DNA of 64,000 nucleotides from Octopus sinensis (Eukaryota): assembly GCF_006345805.1 (NCBI RefSeq), contig NC_043016.1, positions 17,732,001 to 17,796,000 of the forward strand. The letters run 5' to 3'. Below are positions 53,950 to 64,000 of this stretch, piece after piece. Under the pieces are notes generated by a model that was given only the letters and a program-made list of their open reading frames with translations, was not told the DNA's origin and did not search any database. Position numbers and translations under genes: made by a program. Numbering within the stretch: the stretch's first letter is position 1; the number at the start of each line of letters is the position of its first letter.

Positions 53950-54126
53950 CTTAAAACACGTACAAACGCACACATACGTATACACACACACACACCACAC
54001 ACACATGTATATATATGCATGTATGTATGTATTATGTATGTATGTATGTATGTATGTATGTACACATATATACACGTACATACATACATGATTTAGATAG
54101 ATATGTAGATAGATAGATAGATAGAT

Positions 54127-54168
<42 letters not shown>

Positions 54169-54742
54169 GAGATAGATAGATAGATAGATAGAACTTGTAA
54201 CTATGTGGTTGAGGAAAATGCTTTTTAGACACTCAGTTATTCCTGCTATTAAAATTATAACCTGGTCAGCCTGGAGACAAAAACCACAATTTTTACATTA
54301 AACAACATGTTAAATAAAATCAATTTTGATTGATTTCATTAATCAAGACCTTTTTCCAAAAGGTGTGAACCCCTTTCAATACTTGTAATCGCCCATCAAT
54401 TTAGTTTTTCCGTTTCTTTGTACCAAAGATGAATAGTCATTTTGATTTTTGCTATTATAATCCTTTAGATTTATATTCTTACGCATTTTCGAGCAGATTT
54501 GGAAATCAAATAGTTCTATAAATTGGTTTCCTCAAAAAGAAAGAAACCGTCCATTTTCTATCATTTTATCCATGGTATGAAAAAATATAGCGAGAAATGG
54601 TTTGATGTATTTATTTATGCCTCAGAATTTCCATTCGCAGGAAATAATGAAAGTAAGTGATGTTAAAACTATAAGAAAGCAATTTTAATAAGTGAGAGAA
54701 AATGAATATAGAGATTAATGGAAGAGACAGAGAGAAAGGTAG

Positions 54743-54794
<52 letters not shown>

Positions 54795-55329
54795 GCTGAG
54801 GCAGACAGAGGCAGACAGAGAGAGAAAGTTAGGAGCGGAGAGTCAATAAACGAAGCTAGCAGCAGATGTACTTCGTTTCAATGTTAGATTCTTTTATCAG
54901 CGTGACAGCACTTTGCTATGGTGGTGAAGTCGCTTAGACTAATGCACTTGTCATATACACAACTTCTCGCTCACAAAATAGAAACGTGCGTATGTATATA
55001 TACATATACATACATACACACACATACACACATATTTGTACGATTACGGCACTCACATGTACATTCACGAATAAATACATAAATGCGTAATGCATTCTTA
55101 TACATGTTATTGTCTGTATTGGGTACGCCCGTTATTCATCGTTATATGTTAGCGCTTATCGAGCGAACGAATGACTGCTTTTTTCGTTTCTTCGACAGGC
55201 AGTTACCATATATATATTTTGACGGCAGAAGATAAAGGAAACTTCTCTCATTTTCCTCTTTTTTTTTATTTTTGTGCGTGTGTGTTTTTGTTTCTTGTTA
55301 AGTTACTCAGACTCAAATGAAGGATGTGG

Positions 55330-55687
55330 ATGACCTTTCCAGGCTCTCCTAGGAAAATACGAGGTATTTGATGTTCATCTCAAATTTATACACATCAATG
55401 CTTACAAAGAAAGCAGTTTTGGGGGGGAAAAATACCTGAAGTCAGCAACGCAGAGGGTGCTATTCTTAGCATTGATTGGCCACAGTCCCGGTACTGCAGA
55501 CACGTGGTTAGAATGTCACATGAAAGGAACACAACACGAGTTCTACAAACTGAGCCAACTGCCAGGAGACCAAAGTACAAAATATGAACAAGATGATTGG
55601 ATACTATCCATAGACTCAGTTGGTCAAGCTTAGGAATCCGGCTGCAAAGTTTAATGATGGTTACTTCTGATAGGATCCTCTGGACAA

Positions 55688-55690
<3 letters not shown>
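55330..55690 (+). mobile_element. Decayed RTE LINE 3' fragment
   Basis: HVVRMS...EPTARRP...LDTIHRLSW...DRILW remnants. Boundaries approximate. Confidence 0.6.
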
Positions 55691-55726
<36 letters not shown>

Positions 55727-55745
55727 TTATGGATGTGTGTATATG

Positions 55746-55915
55746 GGCGCAGGCGTGGCTGTGTGGTAAGAAGCTTGCTTCCCAACCACATGTTTCCGGA
55801 TTCAGTCCCACTGCGTGGCATCTTGGGCAAGTATCTTCTACTATAGCCTCGGGCCGACCAAAAACCTTGTGGGTGAATTTGGTAGACAGAAACTGAAACA
55901 AGCCCGTCGTATATA
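55746..55915 (+). mobile_element. SINE family B head
   Basis: GGCGCAGGCGTGGCTGTGTGGTAAGAAGCTTGCTTCCCAACC... Confidence 0.85.
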
Positions 55916-55959
55916 TACATATATACATATACATGTATATATATACATACATACATACA

Positions 55960-55992
<33 letters not shown>

Positions 55993-56256
55993 TATGTGTG
56001 TGCGTGTGTGTGTGTGTGTACTAGCTAGCTCCTGTGGAGGGCTCTTCATTGAGCCTTGGGCCTCAACAATGACGCTTCATGCATTGAGTACATATTAAAT
56101 TTTATTAAACTTGACCAATATTTTTTAAAGCAATGAACAATTTCCATCAAAACGATGACATAATTTGTTGACTTGGAACTCATTGCAAAGCTGCATGATA
56201 AACAAATTTTTTTGTTTTCCTATTCAGGGGTCAGTACAATTTTTTTCTATCTAACC

Positions 56257-56331
<75 letters not shown>

Positions 56332-56334
56332 CTT

Positions 56335-56368
<34 letters not shown>

Positions 56369-56684
56369 TCTTTTATGTTGACTGTTTTGAACCATCACCG
56401 TTGACTTCCCTGCCTTCCCCTCCACCACCATCACCACTGTCTTTCACATCGCTTAGTATCACCATCATCCTTGACTGCCTCGGCTACCACAAATACAACT
56501 CATACTATTACCATTTTCATCACAGCCGTCAATCTACTACCGCCCTCACCGTCTTTACGCCTACTATTACTCTGACCTCAGCAGGAGGAATAGTAGAAGT
56601 GAATAGTGAGAGAGGGGTGGGGTCAAAGTGTGACACACTGATACACTGAAATTCGATTTGGCATTTATTATTATAGATGTGTAT

Positions 56685-56895
56685 TTGTGTGTGCCCGTGT
56701 TTGTCCCCCACAGTATCGCTTGACAGCCGATATCGTTCCCGTAAGTTAGCGGTTCGGCAAAACAGACCGGTAGAATAGGTACTAGGCTTACGAAGAATAA
56801 ATCTCAGGGTTGATTTGTTCGACTAAAGGCAGTGCTCCAGCATGGCTACAGTCAGTCAAATGACTGAAACAAGTAAAAGAATAAAAAAGAATAAA
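56685..56895 (+). mobile_element. SINE family B, 3' portion
   Basis: TGTTTGTCCCC...AAGGCAGTGCTCCAGCATGGCTACAGTC...GACTGAAACAAG. Confidence 0.8.
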
Positions 56896-56904
56896 TGTAT
56901 ATAT

Positions 56905-58360
56905 AAAAAATCAAACTCAACCCCAAAGTGTTCTTTTCATTTGCGAGGAAACACAGGGTCACTGTCTCCACTGTTGGCCCTCTAATTGATGAAAATGGCA
57001 CTCTCCAAGATAATGCCAAATCCATGGCCGAGATACTGCAGAAACAATACTGCTCTGTTTTCAGTAATCTGATATGGCCGATCTGGGCTGTATCAGTGAT
57101 GTCAACCCCCACCACTATATCGGACATAACGTTTGGTGCCCCTGATGTCTTAGCGGCAAATAAACGAAATAAAACACAATTCAGCAGTTCCCTGCTTGTG
57201 TCCTGAAGGTGTGTCGACACCAACTTGCATCTCCCCTTGCTAATCTGTGGGAGAAACTCACTGGATGATGGGGCTATATTCCTAAAACTTTCTGCCCCAG
57301 TCTGTTGTCCCAGTTTTCAAAAGGGAAACAAGTCCCTTGCAGTGAACTACCGTCCGATCTCACTCACCTCTCATATCATCAAGGTATTTGAGAGGGTGGT
57401 GAGATCTCGAATAAACCCAATTTCTGGAAAAGCAACAGACGGCTGATCTCTAACCACATGGGTTCCGTAATGGAAGGGAGTGCCTAACGCAGCTCCTGCA
57501 TCCATTTGATGACATTTTGAGAGCTTTGGGAGAGGGCTCCAACACCGATGTCATCTACCTTGATTTCAGCAAGGCCTTCGGCAGGGTTGATCACAGGATC
57601 CTATTGAAAAAAAACTATCCAACATCGGTTGTCTCTGGAAAGTACTGAAATGGATCAAGTGTTCCTGACAGACAGATCTCAACATGTTGTAGTTGAAGGA
57701 GTAAAATCAAGCCCAGCCAAAGTCAGTAGTGGCGTTCCGCAAGGCACTGTGCTGGGCCCACTTCTTTCATCATCTACATTATGAGATTAATGACATCATC
57801 AAGCACAGCAACATAAAAATCTTTGCAGATGATTCCAAGCTCTAGAAGGTCATAAATGAGGCGAGTGACCGGACATGCCTTCAGTCAGATCTGCTAGCTG
57901 TTATCCAATGGGCAGAAAAGAACAATATGCTGCTGAACGAGGATAAATTCGAGTTAATCCACTTTGGAAAAGAGGATGCCCTGAAACTCCCATACTCCCT
58001 TCCTTCAGGTGAAACTCTCGTGGCATCCAACAACATCAGAGACTTGGGAGTAATTGCGGACAACAACATAAGCTGGGCCACTCATATAAACACCAAAGTT
58101 GACATGGCCCGCAGAATGTGTTCCTGGATTCTCAGAATTTTCCAGTCGAGAGATATCCACACCATTATCCTTCTCTTCTCCACTTTTGCCCGACCCCACC
58201 TTGAATACTGTTGTCCACTGTGGTCTCCCCACACAAAACAAAGTATCATAAAAGTTGAAGCACCTCAAAGGGCAATCACAAAAAAGATAGATAGCATGAC
58301 AGGCCTCAACTATTGGGGTCGACTAGAAAAGCTAAAACTTTATTCTCTCCAACGTCGCCG
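56905..58360 (+). mobile_element. CR1/L2-group LINE reverse-transcriptase fragment, frameshifted
   Basis: Motifs NPKVFF, NYRPISLTS, YLDFSKAF, SGVPQGTVLGP, FADD, RPHLEYC and LYSLQRRR across several frames. Confidence 0.92.
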
Positions 58361-60570
58361 TGACGTCGCCGTAACAGTGGTAGTGTTAATGGTAATAACG
58401 ACAGCATTTCTAATAACAGTGGTAGTATTGATGATAACAACCCTAGCATTCCTATAGTCAGGGAAATTGCCGACGATAGTACAATTAATAGTAATGATAA
58501 TAATAGGAATAGTATTGTGGTCAATGCTAGCAATAATATTAACAGCAATCATAACAATAAAAATTCCATCTTAGTCTCGGAGGTGAACCCTAACAGATTA
58601 AAGTTCTTATCCAGCAATTCCAAAATTAGAAATTCCATTTACCAGTGCAAAATTTCTTCCGGTACCGATGTCTTCTTCTACATTGGGGCAACTACTTCTA
58701 AGTTATCCCACAGGATCTCCAATCATTATTCAACTTTCCGAGATAAAAGAAAACAACACAGCACAGGACTAAGTAAATTAGTTTGGCGTCTTAAGGACAG
58801 CAATACAACTTTCAGGCTGGAATGGTCCATATTGTCGGTATCCTTTCCGTTTGATAAGGGCAGAAAATTTGTGGCGTCTGTAATTCCGAACTTTCCATAT
58901 ATTGTTCGCCAAAGTCCCTTAATAAATACAATGGTCGAGAAATCCTTTAGGTGCATGCACTGGCAAAAACACACCTTTCACTCATTTGAATAATGATTAA
59001 TATAGATAACCTCCTTGAACTTTTAATAATATAGTCCTATTATATATCACCCCCATAGTCAATTTTTATACTCTTAAAGGTCTACAATCCAATCCATTGA
59101 GGTATGTTTTACCTTTGTCTCTCTACCTCACCCTCCTCTCTCTCTCTCTTTCCCTCTCTCTATCGTAAGCACAATCAAACACACAGACACAAACCTGTCA
59201 CTTCACCACTGTCTGTTTTTGGCATCTACCCAACCACACACACAATCACACACACACATAGACATTAATGCAGTTATATACATACACACACATAGGCACT
59301 CATTCACAAAAGAAAACAATAAAATCACCATTCACATGACCTGCACCCTATCACCTTCCTATTCTTAGGCCTCTCTCCTCCCTTGTTTGAAACCCTGTGA
59401 ACCTTCTAGAATCTTCTACATTCAAACATTTTTGACGTCACTGCTTATAACGGAATATTTTAAAGGAACAATCATTATCGCTATGGGCTCCGTGTGGGCT
59501 CCAAAAATGAAAATTCCATTACCAGTGCAAAATTTCTTCCGGTACCGATGTCTTCTTTACATTGGGGCAACTACTTCTAAGTTATCCCACAGGATCTCCA
59601 ATCATTATTCAACTTTCCGAGATAAAAGAAAACAACACAGCACAGGACTAAGTAAATTAGTTTGGCGTCTTAAGGACAGCAATACAACTTTCAGGCTGGA
59701 ATGGTCCATATTGTCGGTATCCTTTCCGTTTGATAAGGGCAGAAAATTTTGTGGCGTCTGTAATTCCGAACTTTTCCATATATTGTTCGCCAAAGTCCCT
59801 TTAATAAATACAATGGTCGAGAAATCCTTTAGGTGCATGCACTGGCAAAAACACACCTTTCACTCATTTGAATAATGATTAATATAGATAACCTCCTTGA
59901 ACTTTTAATAATATAGTCCTATTTATATATCACCCCCATAGTCAATTTTTATACTCTTAAAGGTCTACAATCCAATCCATTGAGGTATGTTTTACCTTTG
60001 TCTCTCTACCTCACCCTCCTCTCTCTCTCTCTTTCCCTCTCTCTATCGTAAGCACAATCAAACACACAGACACAAACCTGTCACTTCACCACTGTCTGTT
60101 TTTGGCATCTACCCAACCACACACACAATCACACACACACATAGACATTAATGCAGTTATATACATACACACACATAGGCACTCATTCACAAAAGAAAAC
60201 AATAAAATCACCATTCACATGACCTGCACCCTATCACCTTCCTATTCTTAGGCCTCTCTCCTCCAACCTTGTTTGAACCCTTGAACCTTCTAGAATCTTC
60301 TACATTCAACCATTTTTGACGTCACTGCTTATAACGGAATATTTTAAAGGAACAATCATTATCGCTATGGGCTCCGTGTGGGCAGTCATCTAAAAGTTTT
60401 TGCGCATCTTGATGCTGACATAAGTTCCTTGTTTTTCCTGATGAGAAAGCGGCATAATGCACCCCTTATTCCTTCGAAATTAGGAATATGCAGCCTTCGA
60501 AACATATGTCGAAAATAAAGGAATTTTGTTAATTCGTCGTTCAACTCCATTCTTTCATTTATTTGTAATT
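58361..60570 (+). mobile_element. Penelope-like element 3' part (GIY-YIG) with an ~880-bp tandem duplication and a terminal hammerhead
   Basis: ORFs 58517-58993 and 59387-59875 share YIGATTSKLSHRISNH...STGLSKLVW. Units span ~58619-59499 and ~59500-60383. Confidence 0.88.
60433..60515 (+). ncRNA. Type I hammerhead ribozyme, canonical core, at the PLE 3' end
   Basis: TTTTC-CTGATGA-GAAAGCGGCATA...TATGCAGCCTTC-GAAA-CATATG-TC-GAAAA, with a GUC triplet. Confidence 0.85.
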
Positions 60571-60716
60571 AAAAAAACACACAAATTCCACACGAAAGCA
60601 CGTGATCTCTGCTCTAGACATGTAGCTCCAACCGTGTTTTTCTGACGTGAATTTGCTACCCAGGTATCGGTTAACCGAATTATCCTAATAAGATAATTCA
60701 TTCAACTACTCAAATA

Positions 60717-60748
<32 letters not shown>

Positions 60749-60876
60749 GTATGCATGTATGTATGTATATATATATATATATAATATAATATATATATAT
60801 ATATATTATATATATATATATATAATATATATATTTATATATATATATATATATATATTTATACATATACATATCT

Positions 60877-61080
60877 CTATCCGCTCAGTCGAAGTCGACT
60901 CTCGGTCACTCGTTGGATCAGTGTCCTCCAGTCAGTTCTATCCTGGGCCGCTTCCTTCAGATTGGCTATGTCCATTCCGGTATCACTCCTGATGGTGTCA
61001 AGCTAGCGGGTTCTTGGTCGGCCTCTTCCTCTCTTGCCATTGACCATATATATGACACTCTTTTCAAGGACAACGCTTAA
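60877..61080 (-). mobile_element. RTE/BovB-like LINE 3' end
   Basis: Minus strand gives VNGKRGRGRPRTR*LDTI...[24 protein letters not shown]. Confidence 0.8.
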
Positions 61081-61129
61081 AATTTGAACTTGCTTTATTT
61101 TATTCTATTTATTCTTTTTTTTTACATGC

Positions 61130-61652
61130 ATACATATATAATACGTATATATATTACCCATACACATATGTGCATGTATATACATACTTATACACTAACA
61201 TACACAACACACAACACATACACACACGTATACACACATATACATCTACATATACCTACATACGTATCAAACAATGTACTCTCGTGCGGTTATATATAAC
61301 TGCATATATGTATTTTAGTACCATGCATTTCAACATGTATGCATGGATTACTACATGTAAATGAGAGAGAGAGAGGGGTGGTTATAGAATGGTACTCCCG
61401 AGTGGAATCTGGATGTTACCCCATTCGGATTTTCGGTTGAGAGTGGGTTTGTATTCTTGTATACAGACAGCTTCAGTGACCTATCTCAGCATTGCATCAG
61501 TGGGATTTGTGGATAAGATGTTTAACTCAAGTCTCCCTAAGGAGCCCTTGTGGCAGTCTACAGCATGCTGATAGAAGATGGAGTTTGGTTTCTTTTCAAT
61601 GTAGTTGTCCAAGTGTTCTTTGAACCTATCATTGATACTCCTAGAAGTCTCA
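61130..61652 (-). mobile_element. Second, shorter copy of the PLE 3' end seen at 1-499
   Basis: Collinear high similarity with positions 1-499 (for example, ORF 61389-61571 versus 188-418). Confidence 0.9.
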
Positions 61653-61656
61653 CCTA

Positions 61657-61748
<92 letters not shown>

Positions 61749-62538
61749 GTGGTGTGTATAAAATACAAAATGGGGCAAGAACGCAAAACATCCGGACAGT
61801 TAGGTGAAACAAAAGTGGAACAACAGAAATCCAGATAGACGATAGGATGGGTCATTAGAAGTTCTTTCCTCAGTCAAATACCAGATTATCTTCGATATCG
61901 GTGATTATACTTGAGATTGCTCCAATCTGACCGGCTCCTAGGAAAAACTAAGCTAAGAGCATTAGATTCCTTGGAAGAAAGCAGCGAATGTATACGAAGA
62001 CAAGGACGGAAAAAACGGAGAATGTTACACAAATATAAATACAATAAAAATAATAACAGGACATAACAACATAACAACAGGTGTCTTTTGACTAAGGACG
62101 AATTGAATTAAGCTGGCGCGTGTGGAAATGAAGCCTTACGGCAGAGATACAAGGATTCCACAAACACATGGAAGAATATCGATGTTGCATGCATGACGGT
62201 CAGACCAAGAAAAAAAGAACTGGCTAGGCCGAACGGCGGTCAGGTGGGAAAAGAAGAGAGAGAAGTATAAGCACAGGGACAGAAGAATTAAGGAGGGGCA
62301 AGAAAAAATGACAGGGCCACAGTGAAGTGAAAAGTGGAGGGGAAGTGAGTAAGAATAGACGGCAAGGAAATGTGAGAGAGGGGGAAAGCAAGATCGAAGA
62401 GTGGAATGAACGAATAAGCGTGAAAGGGCTGATATATATATAGTTAATCCAAACATGAAAACACAAAGAGAAAACACAACAACGCGAGGACGTGGAACAA
62501 GTATTATTGGACGCTCAGTAAAGAAGGAAAGAAGGAGG

Positions 62539-62573
62539 GTTTAACGTTTCGAGCGGAGCTCTTCGTCAGAAAC
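62539..62573 (-). ncRNA. Minimal type I hammerhead ribozyme, canonical core, within a short repeat (~62440-62650)
   Basis: Minus strand GTTT-CTGACGA-A-GAGC/GCTC-GAAA-CG-TT-AAAC. Confidence 0.75.
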
Positions 62574-62923
62574 ACAGGAAAAGGAAAGGTCCAAGGAGGG
62601 GAAGACGGAAGAAAAAAAAAATCGCCAACGATGCACACGTGGTCACATTTTGAATATATATATATATATAATATATATATATATATATGTATGTATGTAT
62701 GGATGGATGGATGGATGGATGTATGGATGGATGGATGGATGGATGGATGGATGGATGCATGTATATATATATATGTAAATGTATGTATATACACATATAT
62801 ATATGCTTGTATATATATATATACATACATATATATATATGCATATATATATTTATATATATATATATATATATAATATATATATATATACATAAATATA
62901 TATATATATGTATATATATGTAA

Positions 62924-62978
<55 letters not shown>

Positions 62979-63589
62979 TATACTAACGTTTACATCCTCT
63001 CAGCTTGAAAAACATGCACATGCACTCACACGCACACACTCACACACACCATTTAATAACAGTTTTGTTCGACTGCATGCAACAAGCTAAAGTTCTCATC
63101 AAGCTGGTAGTAAGCGACTGAGGCGAGTCCAAGATGACTCCTGAGTCTCTGTCGGTCAACACAGGTCACGCGATGTTATTAATTTGGCAACGACATTCCA
63201 ATTCCAATTCTGTATTCCAGTTCTTATAGCCACGTGTTAGGACAGAATATTTCGTTTATGTGACTGTGGTTTCTTTATGTGAGTGCACACGCACGTGCAT
63301 GCCTGCATATCTGGCGTGTGTGTTTGAATGCATTTGCGTGTATGTAATGTGTGAGCTTCTTTATATGTGTGTGTATGTGTCCGTGTATGTGTAAATGCAC
63401 TGACATCTGACGTTTGTCTATGTGCATGTGTCAGGTGTATGCACATATAAGATGTAATGTGTTGATGTGTTGGTCTGTTGCAATGTATCAACATCGTTTG
63501 CAGGGACCTGGTTTGCTGTCGGATTTGGTTGTGTTACGTAAAGAAAAGGATAATATATATATTTATATATATTCTCCATGTTGGACCGC

Positions 63590-63770
63590 TGAACGCTATA
63601 CAGTTTTTTTCATTCTCCCTCTGTTTATTTTGTCTTACTCCTTTCTGCTGAAGAGCGTAGGCTCAAAACGTAAAAGACTTTCATTTTCCCCGCACTTCAG
63701 AGTAATACAATTGCTTATTGTTCATAATCCTGTCTTCGTTATTTGTTTTTCTATAAATTTCAACTATATA
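63590..63770 (+). mobile_element. Third copy of the short hammerhead-bearing repeat (motif 63641-63676, mutated)
   Basis: CTTT-CTGCTGA-A-GAGC/GCTC-AAAA-CG-TA-AAAG, followed by GTCTTCGTT.TTTGTTTTT as in the other copies. Confidence 0.65.
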
Positions 63771-64000
63771 TATCTGTGTGTGTGTGTTTGTGTGTGTGTA
63801 TGTGTGTGTGTGTGTGTATGTGTGTGTGTGTGTGTGTGTGTGTCTGTGTTGGCATAGGACGTCATGGAACGTGTACAACAACAAAAATACGAAGTACGAG
63901 TACATGGAATATGAATTATTCATTCAAACAACGAAAGACACAAATGGAAAACAAGACAAACAACATAATGAACGACCTTTCATTAGTTGTTGGCTGTTTT

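Overview
Repeat-dominated, AT-rich animal DNA with one 100-N assembly gap (15231-15330). The SINE families and the very dense (CA)n/(TA)n/(TACA)n/(AAT)n/(GATA)n microsatellites resemble an octopod cephalopod genome (inference from pattern recognition, not a database result). I found no convincing host protein-coding exon, and most ORFs in the supplied track are microsatellite translation artefacts. Recognisable content: decayed Penelope-like elements (RT and GIY-YIG fragments), LINE fragments (CR1-type, RTE, Tx1/L1-type, RLE-endonuclease type), a rearranged Gypsy LTR relic, an internally deleted mariner, several MITE/foldback elements and many copies of three SINE families (called A, B and C here). 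The most interesting signals are: (1) a full-length U6 snRNA copy fused directly to a LINE/SINE-type 3' tail and poly(A); (2) about ten hammerhead-ribozyme motifs, four with a canonical core; (3) a 2.1-kb ORF1-only retroelement with a 17-bp TSD inserted into a SINE head; (4) a short bipartite RTE-derived element; (5) a 4x230-bp tandem amplification starting at an element terminus. All alignments and folds were done by eye.
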